Origin: Bacillota bacterium
GTDB lineage: Bacteria > Bacillota > Clostridia > Lachnospirales > Lachnospiraceae
Assembly: GCA_023435645.1 (NCBI GenBank)
Contig: JAEYRK010000053.1
Coordinates: 32,569 to 96,568 of the forward strand
DNA: 64,000 nt
Reading direction: 5' to 3'
Part shown: in pieces, positions 30,277-39,300 of the stretch
How positions within the stretch are numbered: position 1 is the first letter of the stretch
How the letters are laid out: each line of letters starts with the position of its first letter
Made by a program: the position numbers and the translations under genes
The notes under the pieces: model-generated
Databases searched by the model: none
What the model was told of the DNA's origin: nothing
Seen by the model: only the letters and a program-made list of their open reading frames with translations

Positions 30277-31632
30277 ATGTTCAAAAAAATATTAATCGCA
30301 AACCGCGGGGAAATTGCAGTCAGGATTATAAGAGCCTGCAGAGAAATGAATATTGAAACCGTAGCAGTCTATTCTGAAGCTGACAGAGAAGCGCTGCATG
30401 TGATGCTGGCGGACGAGGCGGTATGTATCGGGCCTGCAAAATCAAGGGACAGTTATCTGAATATACAGAATATCATCAGCGCAACCGTCCTGACCGGAGC
30501 TACTGCGATTCACCCGGGCTTCGGCTTCTTATCTGAGAACAGCTCCTTCGCCAGGATGTGTGAGGATTGTAACATAACCTTCATCGGTCCGAAGGCGGAT
30601 ACGATAGATTTGCTTGGAAATAAATCAAAGGCAAGAGAGACAATGAGGAAGGCCGGTGTAGCAGTGGTACCAGGCTCCGAGGGTGAGGTTGAGAGTGTAC
30701 AGGAGGCCCTTGCCTTGGCTGAGAAGATCGGTTATCCCGTGATGATCAAGGCTTCAGCCGGAGGCGGTGGTAAGGGGATGCGAGCGGTACACCGGGCCGA
30801 TGACCTGGAGAATTCCTTTATCTCAGCCAAAAATGAAGCAAAAGCTGCTTTTGGTGAGGATAAAGTCTATTTAGAAAAATTAATCGTGAATCCGAAGCAT
30901 ATTGAGTTCCAGATACTTGCGGATCAATATGGAAATGTGTTACATTTAGGTGAGCGTGATTGCTCGGTACAGAGAAGGAACCAGAAGCTGATGGAGGAAT
31001 CCCCTTCTGCTGTGATGTCAGAGGAGCTCCGTGACCAAATGGGCAATGCTGCAGTGAAGGCAGCGAAGGCCACCGGCTATGTCAATGCGGGAACGATCGA
31101 ATTCCTGTATGATAAGCAGGGAAACTATTATTTTATGGAAATGAACACACGAATTCAGGTGGAGCATCCGGTCACGGAAATGGTAACCGGAATTGATATG
31201 ATTAAGGAGCAGATTCGAATCGCCGATGGTCAAAGATTGCCCTATACCCAGAAGGACATCGAATTCCGAGGACATGCGATTGAATGTCGTGTGAACGCAG
31301 AGGACCCGAAGAAGGGCTTCCAGCCCTGCCCAGGCCTCGTGGAGAGCGTCTTGTTTCCGGGAGGGTTTGGTGTCCGTGTGGACAGCGCCCTCTATCCGGG
31401 CTATAAGGTGCCCTCCTGTTATGATTCCATGCTGGCAAAGGTAATCGCCTATGGCAGGGACAGGGATGAGGCCATCCAGAGAATGAAGCGCGCCTTAGCT
31501 GAATTCGTGATTGACGGAATAGAAACGAACCTTGACTTCCAATATGAGCTTCTGGAGCGGAAGGAGATTCTGTCAGGAGTCTATGATACCGGCATAATTC
31601 AGAAAATAATGAATGAGCCAGCCAATTCATGA
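30277..31632 (+). CDS. accC: Acetyl-CoA carboxylase, biotin carboxylase subunit
   Basis: ILIANRGEIA, GGGGKGM and EMNTRIQVEHPVTE motifs. Confidence 0.95.
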   Translation: MFKKILIANRGEIAVRIIRACREMNIETVAVYSEADREALHVMLADEAVCIGPAKSRDSYLNIQNIISATVLTGATAIHPGFGFLSENSSFARMCEDCNITFIGPKADTIDLLGNKSKARETMRKAGVAVVPGSEGEVESVQEALALAEKIGYPVMIKASAGGGGKGMRAVHRADDLENSFISAKNEAKAAFGEDKVYLEKLIVNPKHIEFQILADQYGNVLHLGERDCSVQRRNQKLMEESPSAVMSEELRDQMGNAAVKAAKATGYVNAGTIEFLYDKQGNYYFMEMNTRIQVEHPVTEMVTGIDMIKEQIRIADGQRLPYTQKDIEFRGHAIECRVNAEDPKKGFQPCPGLVESVLFPGGFGVRVDSALYPGYKVPSCYDSMLAKVIAYGRDRDEAIQRMKRALAEFVIDGIETNLDFQYELLERKEILSGVYDTGIIQKIMNEPANS

Positions 31633-31652
31633 AACAGAGGACATGAGGCATA

Positions 31653-32591
31653 ATGAACAAAAATCCGTTTAAATCTAAGCAATATGCTACATCAAAAATC
31701 TACCGTGCCAAACCTCAGGACATTGATAAACCCAGTGCAGAGAAACCGAATGTTCCACAGGGTATCATGACGAAATGCCCGCAATGCGGCAAGGTCATCT
31801 ACACGAAGCTCCTAATCAAAAATTTTAAGATGTGTGATGATTGTGGTTATTATTTTAAGGTATCTGCAAATGAGCGGCTTGCCATGATTTTAGACGAGGA
31901 GGGCCTTGAGGAATATGATCCTCAGATTTCCACCAGGGATCCGCTCAATTTCCCCGGATACGGTGATAAATTAGTGAAGACACAGACCCTGACCGGACTT
32001 GTGGACGGACTTGTCACCGGTAAGGGTAACATCAATGGTATGTCCGTATGTCTAGGGGTGATGGATGCTGCCTTTTTTATGGGAAGTATGGGCACTGCCA
32101 TCGGAGAGAAGCTGGCCAGACTGTTTGAGCAGGCGACAATGGAAAGACTGCCCGTCATTGTCTTTACAGCCTCAGGCGGAGCCAGAATGCAGGAGGGCAT
32201 CTTCTCCCTGATGCAGATGGCTAAGGTCAGTGCGGCTGTTGCAAGACATAATGCAGCAGGACTTCTGTATATTACTGTACTTACTGATCCGACGACGGGC
32301 GGTGTTACCGCCAGCTTTGCCATGCTCGGAGATATCATTCTGGCAGAACCCGGAGCCTTGATCGGCTTTGCCGGTCCCAGGGTAATCGAGCAGACCATTG
32401 GACAGAAGCTGCCGGAGGGCTTCCAGAGAGCTGAATTTCTTTTGGAGCACGGATTCGTAGACAGGATTGTAAGCAGGGACCAGTTAAGGAATACCCTAAG
32501 TACCCTGTTGAAGCTGCACCCTGGAGAGGAACGACAGACCACCGGTAACGAACCTACAGAAGCAACAGATAACCGAATCAATCACCCATAG
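31653..32591 (+). CDS. accD: Acetyl-CoA carboxylase carboxyltransferase beta subunit
   Basis: N-terminal Zn ribbon (CPQCGK...CDDCGY) and a carboxyltransferase domain (SGGARMQEG). Confidence 0.93.
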   Translation: MNKNPFKSKQYATSKIYRAKPQDIDKPSAEKPNVPQGIMTKCPQCGKVIYTKLLIKNFKMCDDCGYYFKVSANERLAMILDEEGLEEYDPQISTRDPLNFPGYGDKLVKTQTLTGLVDGLVTGKGNINGMSVCLGVMDAAFFMGSMGTAIGEKLARLFEQATMERLPVIVFTASGGARMQEGIFSLMQMAKVSAAVARHNAAGLLYITVLTDPTTGGVTASFAMLGDIILAEPGALIGFAGPRVIEQTIGQKLPEGFQRAEFLLEHGFVDRIVSRDQLRNTLSTLLKLHPGEERQTTGNEPTEATDNRINHP

Positions 32592-32604
32592 GGAGGAGGG
32601 CATC

Positions 32605-33390
32605 ATGGACATAACACCATGGGAAAAAGTGAAATTAGCCCGGATGCCGATCAGACCGACCGGACTGGATTATATAGAGAAGATATTTGAAGGATTTCTA
32701 GAACTCCATGGCGACAGACTGTATGGTGAGGATAGAGCGATCGTTGGAGGGATTGCATTCTTCGGAGCTACCCCGGTAACTGTTATTGCCCAACAGAAGG
32801 GTCGAAATACAAAGGAAAATATCACTAGAAATTTCTCGATGCCACATCCTGAGGGCTACCGTAAGGCACTGCGTCTGATGCGGCAGGCAGAAAAATTCCA
32901 CCGCCCGGTCCTCTGCTTTATCGATACACCGGGTGCCTTCTGTGGCCTTGGAGCCGAGGAGCGGGGTCAGGGAGAGGCGATAGCTACGAACCTGGCAGAG
33001 ATGGCAATGCTAAAGACACCGATTCTCTCCCTAGTAATCTCGGAAGGGGGCAGCGGCGGAGCCTTGGCACTGGGCGTTGCGGATCGGGTCTATATGCTGG
33101 AGCATGCGGTATATTCCATCCTTTCGCCGGAGGGCTTTGCCAGCATTCTGTATAAGGATTCCTCGAAGGCAGAGCAGGCAGCGAAGGATATGAAGCTCAC
33201 CGCCCAGGATCTGTATCAGTTCGGCATCATCGACGGTATCATTCCGGAGCCCCAGGGTGGCGCACATAATGATTTTGAGCTGATAATGAAGAATGTAAAA
33301 GTTGTGATAGAAGAGGAATTGAAGAAGCTGCAGGAGCTGCCTCTGGAAGAACTACTGGAGCAAAGGTATCAGAAGTTCAGACGGATGTAG
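32605..33390 (+). CDS. accA: Acetyl-CoA carboxylase carboxyltransferase alpha subunit
   Basis: FIDTPGAFCGLGAEERGQGEAIA and SEGGSGGALA motifs. Confidence 0.93.
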   Translation: MDITPWEKVKLARMPIRPTGLDYIEKIFEGFLELHGDRLYGEDRAIVGGIAFFGATPVTVIAQQKGRNTKENITRNFSMPHPEGYRKALRLMRQAEKFHRPVLCFIDTPGAFCGLGAEERGQGEAIATNLAEMAMLKTPILSLVISEGGSGGALALGVADRVYMLEHAVYSILSPEGFASILYKDSSKAEQAAKDMKLTAQDLYQFGIIDGIIPEPQGGAHNDFELIMKNVKVVIEEELKKLQELPLEELLEQRYQKFRRM

Positions 33391-33429
33391 CTGTGACCCT
33401 GTGTTAATAAAATGAGCTGATAAGAACCA

Positions 33430-33472
33430 CCGAAAGAACCGGAAGGGCGCATGCGCTCTTCCGGTTCTTTCG
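33430..33472. terminator. Hairpin terminator at the end of the fab/acc operon (between convergent genes)
   Basis: About a 16-bp stem, CCGAAAGAACCGGAAG / CTTCCGGTTCTTTCGG, around a GC-rich loop. Confidence 0.65.
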
Positions 33473-33557
33473 GACATACAAATCGGCCTATTTGCTTAAG
33501 GTCATATTGTTTTATTGTAAAATCATTTCGATTGCCTCAAAAAGTAGTAATGAAGTG

Positions 33558-34433
33558 CTATCCCTTCCTCCTGATATCCACAAGACTGCTGGTATAGGTT
33601 CCGCTGTGATTGCCGATATAATCCCGGTATTCCTCATAATTGATATAATATTCCTTACCCCAGGAGGAGATACGGAGCAGGATTCTGGCGGCAGCTGAAT
33701 CCTTTAGTATTCCGGTTATTGTTACAAAATGACCGTTCACAAGCTGCTTCACAGGCTGATAACGAAGCAGGATTTCAATCCCTGAAGTTGGTGATTTCAG
33801 TCCATCCTTTGCGGTCTCCCGGGTAACCAGCTCAATATGCTGCTGGTAAAAGGGAATACCCTTCCTTCCCAGTAGGTTCGGAGTGTTCGGGCCGATAGAT
33901 AATATTACGGGGAGATCGTGAGACAGCATATCCTCCATTACCTCCAGCATATCATAATAGGTCAGAGTCCATCTCCATCTTGCCCTCAGCCGTAAGCCAA
34001 ACATACGGGAATAATCATTGATTGCCGTAGCAGCCTTCGGTCCCAGAACTGCCAGCCAGCGCTTCGTCTTGGTATAATATCCATCTATCTTTCTGACATA
34101 ATCCATATATTCAGTATAGCCTGCTGAATCAGTTCCCTGTAGCACGGCTTCTGTAATCGGATTTCGACAAGACTCCTGATGAATTGCCAGATAAAGAAAC
34201 AGATCTGCAACAGCAATCGTTCCACAGCCATAATGGTGCAAAATATAATCCCTGCTGAACCATCGATGGTCAGAAAACCACATTTGGCTGCCGCCATAGG
34301 AAATGGCAGCATCTTTTATTATGGGTACATAAGCAGAATGCTTCAATGCAATCGTGGTGGTTTTTTGAGTTGCCAAGCTGTCTCTTACCTCTGATCGGTT
34401 TTTCATTAACATCATATTCGAGGTGGACGGCAA
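33558..34433 (-). CDS. Hypothetical protein with C39-like (papain-fold) cysteine peptidase features; start codon uncertain
   Basis: YGCGTIAVADL is a candidate Cys nucleophile context and NGHFVTITG a candidate His. The listed start is TTG with no SD, and the frame stays open upstream to 34592. Confidence 0.6.
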   Translation of the reverse strand: MPSTSNMMLMKNRSEVRDSLATQKTTTIALKHSAYVPIIKDAAISYGGSQMWFSDHRWFSRDYILHHYGCGTIAVADLFLYLAIHQESCRNPITEAVLQGTDSAGYTEYMDYVRKIDGYYTKTKRWLAVLGPKAATAINDYSRMFGLRLRARWRWTLTYYDMLEVMEDMLSHDLPVILSIGPNTPNLLGRKGIPFYQQHIELVTRETAKDGLKSPTSGIEILLRYQPVKQLVNGHFVTITGILKDSAAARILLRISSWGKEYYINYEEYRDYIGNHSGTYTSSLVDIRRKG

Positions 34434-34584
34434 AGTGACATTGAAAATACGCCCTGGTGCCCCTATAACAAGTACGTTTTTATCATCAATATTACTGAAA
34501 AAAGCCTTAGCCTCTGTGAGTATATCCAGAATGGCGAGGGCTTTTTTATCTTTATCCGGTGCTATGAAATAGGACCGGTCATGG

Positions 34585-35337
34585 TTATTTTCCTAAGTCA
34601 CTAAGGGTTTCTGCCTTATTGAGAACTTCCGCCAAAAATCTTGCCAGTATACATAATAGAAAGACTCCCAGCATGATCAATTCAAAATACAGCATATAAT
34701 CATAATCCCAGCGATGGGGAAGACCATCCAAAGAAACAGGATTCTGATAGAGATACCATAACACCGCGGTATTCATCAGACCGAGGAGGACGGACAGGTA
34801 AGGAAGCCTGCGAATCGTGGATGCAGAATAAAACATCATAAAGTACGCCAGCAAGAAGATGACTAAACCGGTTTCCTTTTCCAGGTTTTCTGTTTTGGTG
34901 GTCAGAAATAGATAAAATGCAAATACTACAGCGGTTCCGATCAGGGAGAAAAGCATCCTGTGTTTATGCGCCTGTTTCCGATAGCTGACCATCAGAAAGG
35001 GGCCGGAGATAAACAGGTAGTAAAGGTGATTAAAATATTCCGGAAGTGAGCGGCCTACCATCTGAAAAATCAGTGTAATCAGGTACAGGAGGAAGACTCC
35101 GGAGGGGAGAATATGTACGAAGAGCTTCTGCCCTCTATTCAATAAGGTGTTACGACTGATGATAAAATCCAGAAGGATACCTAGCAAAAGGAAGGGCAAT
35201 AGGACGGTGATCAGGTTCCACTGGCTATCTGCTTGGAAACCCTCCAAAAAGAGGAATACAATTACCATCACCAGATAAATTGCAAGAAAGATCAGTGCGG
35301 ATAGATTCCGTTCGAGTAATAATTTCATACGATTCAT
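34585..35337 (-). CDS. Hypothetical polytopic membrane protein
   Basis: About 250 aa with six or seven hydrophobic helices. AGGAGG lies 6 nt before the ATG at 35337. The ORF-track start 35388 lacks an SD. Confidence 0.65.
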   Translation of the reverse strand: MNRMKLLLERNLSALIFLAIYLVMVIVFLFLEGFQADSQWNLITVLLPFLLLGILLDFIISRNTLLNRGQKLFVHILPSGVFLLYLITLIFQMVGRSLPEYFNHLYYLFISGPFLMVSYRKQAHKHRMLFSLIGTAVVFAFYLFLTTKTENLEKETGLVIFLLAYFMMFYSASTIRRLPYLSVLLGLMNTAVLWYLYQNPVSLDGLPHRWDYDYMLYFELIMLGVFLLCILARFLAEVLNKAETLSDLGK

Positions 35338-35465
35338 AGCATGCCTCCTGCTCCTTTGCAGGATAACCCTGCATAAGGTATGTTTCAAGCTCCTATGCTT
35401 CTATTGTAATATTACAGGAATTCATTGTCAATCGTGGAAAAGGCCCCCGTTTCCTAGCTCATGAT

Positions 35466-35505
35466 AAGAAAATTACGGTTCACACCTCAGCCTAGGTGTG
35501 AACCG
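35466..35505 (-). terminator. Rho-independent terminator of the ABC-F gene
   Basis: 11-bp stem CGGTTCACACC / GGTGTGAACCG, followed on the minus strand by TAATTTTCTT. Confidence 0.7.
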
Positions 35506-35538
35506 CAACAAATCAGATAGGTAAGGGAGCCTTCCATA

Positions 35539-37185
35539 TTAGTCAGCGAGCTCTTCATCCTCTTCTACAATATTAAATTGCATAATCTGTCTCTTACGAG
35601 CCATCTCATCGCTATCCAAATATTCATCGTAGGTCGTGACCTTATCGATCAGGCCGTTCGGGGTAAGCTCCATGATACGGTTCGCGGTAGTCTGAATAAA
35701 CTGATGGTCGGGGGAGGTGAACAATGCAACTCCGGGAAATTTGATCAGGCCGTTATTTAAGGAGGTAATGGATTCCATATCCAGATGGTTGGTCGGCTCA
35801 TCTAAAATCAACACATTGGCACCGGCGATCATCATCTTGGAGAGCATAACTCTGACCCGTTCACCACCGGAGAGTACCTTCACCTTCTTAGAGCCCTCTT
35901 CACCGGCAAACAGCATCCTACCCATGAAGCCACGGACATAGGTTACATCCTTCTCAGGAGAGAAGGGCATCAGAAAGTCCACGATGGTCTCGTCACCCTC
36001 GAATAGCTTCGTATTGTCCTTCGGGAAATAGGAAACATTCGTAGTGATTCCCCATTTATAGTTACCGGAATCCGGCTCCAGCTCCCCTGCCAATATCTTA
36101 AATAGGGTAGTAGTAGCTAAGGTATTCGGTCCGACAAAGGCGATCTTATCATTATGGCCTACAATAAAGCTGATATTATCCAGTACCTTAACTCCATCAA
36201 TCGTCTTGCAGAGATTTTCAACAGTAAGAACCTCGTTTCCGATCTCACGGCTCGGACGGAAGTCGATATACGGATATTTTCTGCTGGAGGGACGAATATC
36301 ATCCAGCTCGATCTTCTCCAGGGCTCTCTTACGGGAGGTTGCCTGCTTGGATTTCGATGCATTGGCAGAGAAGCGCTGAATAAATTCCTGCAGCTCCTTA
36401 ATCTTCTCTTCCTTCTTCTTGTTGGCTTCCTTCATCTGCCTTACCATGAGCTGGCTGGATTCATACCAGAAATCATAGTTACCGGCATAGAGCTGGATCT
36501 TTGCATAGTCGATATCTGCGATATGGGTACATACCTTATTTAAGAAATAACGGTCATGGGATACAACAATTACAGTATTGTCGAAATTGATCAGGAATTC
36601 CTCCAACCAGCGAATTGCCTCGAGATCCAGATGGTTCGTCGGCTCGTCTAAAAGCAATATGTCGGGATTACCAAACAATGCCTGTGCAAGCAGAACCTTT
36701 ACCTTCTCACTACCGTTTAATTCACTCATTTTCTTATCATGAAGCTCTGTCTCAATTCCGAGACCGTTTAATAAGGATGCAGCATTGGCTTCGGCCTCCC
36801 AGCCATCCATAGCTGCGAATTCACCCTCCAATTCACTGGCCTTAATCCCGTCCTCTTCGGTGAAATCCTCCTTGGCATAGATGGCATCCTTCTCCTTCAT
36901 GATTTCATAAAGGCGCTTATTGCCCATGATTACGGTGTCCATTACGACATAGGCATCATATTTGAAATGATCCTGCTGCAGGAAGGAGAGTCTTTGACCG
37001 GGGGTGATGATGATATCTCCCTTGGAGGGCTCCAGCTGCCCACTCAGTATTTTAAGGAAGGTGGACTTACCGGCACCATTGGCACCGATGATACCGTAGC
37101 AGTTGCCCTCTGTGAACTTGATGTTCACATCCTCGAACAGTGCGCGCTTTCCTAATCGTAGTGTTATGTTACTAGCTTGAATCAT
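35539..37185 (-). CDS. ABC-F family ATPase (YbiT/YkpA-like, two ABC domains, no TM domain)
   Basis: MIQASNITLRLGKRALFEDVNIKF..GANGAGKST, two Walker A/B plus LSGGE signatures and a charged inter-domain linker. AGGAGG before the ATG at 37185. Confidence 0.92.
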   Translation of the reverse strand: MIQASNITLRLGKRALFEDVNIKFTEGNCYGIIGANGAGKSTFLKILSGQLEPSKGDIIITPGQRLSFLQQDHFKYDAYVVMDTVIMGNKRLYEIMKEKDAIYAKEDFTEEDGIKASELEGEFAAMDGWEAEANAASLLNGLGIETELHDKKMSELNGSEKVKVLLAQALFGNPDILLLDEPTNHLDLEAIRWLEEFLINFDNTVIVVSHDRYFLNKVCTHIADIDYAKIQLYAGNYDFWYESSQLMVRQMKEANKKKEEKIKELQEFIQRFSANASKSKQATSRKRALEKIELDDIRPSSRKYPYIDFRPSREIGNEVLTVENLCKTIDGVKVLDNISFIVGHNDKIAFVGPNTLATTTLFKILAGELEPDSGNYKWGITTNVSYFPKDNTKLFEGDETIVDFLMPFSPEKDVTYVRGFMGRMLFAGEEGSKKVKVLSGGERVRVMLSKMMIAGANVLILDEPTNHLDMESITSLNNGLIKFPGVALFTSPDHQFIQTTANRIMELTPNGLIDKVTTYDEYLDSDEMARKRQIMQFNIVEEDEELAD

Positions 37186-37344
37186 TGTAATCCTCCTGTA
37201 AAGCCTACGTCCTATCAATCTGAATTTAACTATAGTTTCAATCAGACGTCAGGCATACTAAACTTCATATTTAAAGCATCATTTCTATTGTACAGTATCC
37301 GTCCGATTTTGCAAGCGGTTTTTACGAAACCTGAACTGATCCTG

Positions 37345-37373
37345 TTGCTCAACCTGTGGGATTCTGATATAAT
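37345..37373 (+). promoter_or_regulatory. Candidate sigma-A promoter of the two-component operon
   Basis: TTGCTC (37345-50), 17-nt spacer, TATAAT (37368-73). Confidence 0.45.
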
Positions 37374-37384
37374 AGAGCTATGAT

Positions 37385-37457
37385 ATTGGTTTGTCTAAAC
37401 TGTTCGGTTGCTGCATAAATTTTACTCATCACAGTTTTAGCAAACCAGTTTTTTTTG
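37385..37457 (+). terminator. Terminator-like hairpin plus T8 in the leader of the kinase gene
   Basis: 16 bp in three segments (TGGTTTG/CAAACCA, CTAAA/TTTAG, CTGT/ACAG) with two bulges, then TTTTTTTT. It ends 14 nt before ATG 37471. Confidence 0.6.
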
Positions 37458-37470
37458 AAGGCGGTGTGCA

Positions 37471-39300
37471 ATGAAACTAATTCAAATGATAAAAAAAGTG
37501 AATTTCAGATTAGGATTAGTGCAGAAGATAACAGCAATCATAACCATAATTCTGATTGTTCCAATTACCCTCATCTTTACATATTACTTCAATGCATATC
37601 AAAAATCTCTGACAACAGATGCCCACAATAACCTTGGCAGAATATTGGATTCAATGGAGGGAATAGTGGAGGGGAATATAGATTCCATCCTCAATGTGTT
37701 TAATCAATTGAGTTATCGTCAGGAGCTGACTTATTTTCTGAATCATAGAAACGATCTGAGTAGTCGGGAGCAAAACCACTATATCTCCTCCATCCATCAG
37801 GAATTAACGAATATTCGGTATCTATATCCAAATAAGTTCTACCATATCTCCATATTCTCCTCAAATAATCAGATCACTGATTTATTTGAATGGCAGTATC
37901 CCCTGACTGAGCTTACTAAGGAAGCTTATTTTGAGGACATTGCCAATAATCCGGAGATGATTGTTTTTGGCGATATCCGGAAGACGAACTACCAATCCTC
38001 TAATATTGATTTAAAGGATCTGAATCTGAATTATACGGATACCTTTGTATTACCTGCTTATCTGAAAATTCATGACCTGAATTCCAAAAAGCTGATCGGT
38101 GTTGTTGAGATTGAAATGAGGGCCAACAAGTTCTTGAATGTCAGTTCACTAAGGGGAGTTGATCAGGAATTTGATTATCTTATGCTGGATCATACGAACA
38201 CGATCGTCTATCAGACCGGCAAGCTGAATTCGACAACCTTTGAAAAGCTGAAGTTAGATCAGCCCAGTTCAATTATTGAGGTTCAGGTAGGAAACAAGAC
38301 TTATATGATGGCATATAGCAGCAATCAGCAAACCGGATTAACAATCGCCACCCTTGTATCCAAGCAAAGGGCGTTAAGCTTTGCCATTGAAATGATGGGA
38401 AAGATTGTTCTGGTATTAATCCTGGGAATACTAGTCATCATTCTCATGGTTCATTGGGTGATACGCAAGGTACTGCAACGCTTGTTAATCCTTGATGAAA
38501 AAATTCTTGAAATTGAGGCAGGTAAATTTGACGCCTATATTCATGATGATAATTATAATGATGAGATTGCTAACATCGGAAGATCCTTTAACCGAATGGC
38601 CTCCCGGCTGGATGGTTTGATTCGCTCTACAATTGAGAAGGAACAGGCGAAAAATGAAGCAGAAATGCGTGCCCTTCAGGCTCAAATTAACCCGCATTTC
38701 CTTTATAACACTCTTGATAACATGAGAATGCAATGCGAGATTGATGAGTACCCTATGGGAGAAAGTTTGGAAGCCCTGGGGAATCTGTTCCGCTATAGTA
38801 TTAAATGGGGAAGTAATGAGGTCCCCTTTGAAATGGAGTGGAATAATTTGAAGAATTACATTGCCATTATGAAAATGCGGTTTGGGGATGATATCTCAGT
38901 CGTAATGGATTGTGAGACGGGTCTGCAAAATATCATTATACCGAAAATGATTCTTCAGCCACTGGTAGAGAACTGTTTCCAGCATGGTTTTCAGCATGTG
39001 TTACCTCCGTGGAGCATCTATATGAAGGCTTACTTAGAGCAAAATAAATTAATCATTTGGATCGAGGATAATGGTAGCGGTATCAGCCTGGAGCGACTGG
39101 ACTATATCCGTTCCTGCCTTAATGAAAATAAATCCATAAAGAGTAATGAAACGATGCAGAATTCCATCGGTATTGTCAATGTTAAGAAACGGATAGAGAT
39201 GATTTGCAGGCCGGGAAGCGGGATTAAGATCGAGAGCGAAGCAGGCAGCGGGACAAGAATCGTAATTTCTATCGTTTTGGAGGAGGAAGTCCATGTTTAA
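37471..39300 (+). CDS. Sensor histidine kinase, YesM-like (two TM, extracytoplasmic sensor domain, HAMP, His_kinase/HATPase)
   Basis: 609 aa. HAMP (NDEIANIGRSFNRM), LQAQINPHFLYNTL H-box of the LytS/YesM type, and a GSGTRI ATPase motif. Confidence 0.9.
   Translation: MKLIQMIKKVNFRLGLVQKITAIITIILIVPITLIFTYYFNAYQKSLTTDAHNNLGRILDSMEGIVEGNIDSILNVFNQLSYRQELTYFLNHRNDLSSREQNHYISSIHQELTNIRYLYPNKFYHISIFSSNNQITDLFEWQYPLTELTKEAYFEDIANNPEMIVFGDIRKTNYQSSNIDLKDLNLNYTDTFVLPAYLKIHDLNSKKLIGVVEIEMRANKFLNVSSLRGVDQEFDYLMLDHTNTIVYQTGKLNSTTFEKLKLDQPSSIIEVQVGNKTYMMAYSSNQQTGLTIATLVSKQRALSFAIEMMGKIVLVLILGILVIILMVHWVIRKVLQRLLILDEKILEIEAGKFDAYIHDDNYNDEIANIGRSFNRMASRLDGLIRSTIEKEQAKNEAEMRALQAQINPHFLYNTLDNMRMQCEIDEYPMGESLEALGNLFRYSIKWGSNEVPFEMEWNNLKNYIAIMKMRFGDDISVVMDCETGLQNIIIPKMILQPLVENCFQHGFQHVLPPWSIYMKAYLEQNKLIIWIEDNGSGISLERLDYIRSCLNENKSIKSNETMQNSIGIVNVKKRIEMICRPGSGIKIESEAGSGTRIVISIVLEEEVHV

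Noticed and set aside
31922-32581. Long antisense ORFs opposite well-supported genes. Examples are 31922-32581(-), 44853-45548(-), 45595-46335(-), 25395-25898(-), 4678-5178(-), 14060-14536(-), 16874-17362(-), 10841-11299(+) and 31202-31660(-).
   Set aside because: Each lies fully inside a gene with unmistakable family motifs on the other strand (accD, SDR, dhaK, fabK, leuD, ilvB, serA, pit, accC). None has a Shine-Dalgarno site. Their translations are low-complexity and rich in Ser, Pro, Arg or Cys, as expected for the antisense frame of coding DNA.
37186-37344. Antibiotic-responsive leader (leader peptide plus attenuator) upstream of the ABC-F gene, as found for ARE-type ABC-F resistance genes.
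   Set aside because: The protein looks like the housekeeping YbiT/YkpA subfamily. The leader has an imperfect hairpin (GCCTGACGTC../..GACGTAGGC) but no U-tract terminator. The only short ORFs (MML*, MKFSMPDV*) lack SD sites.
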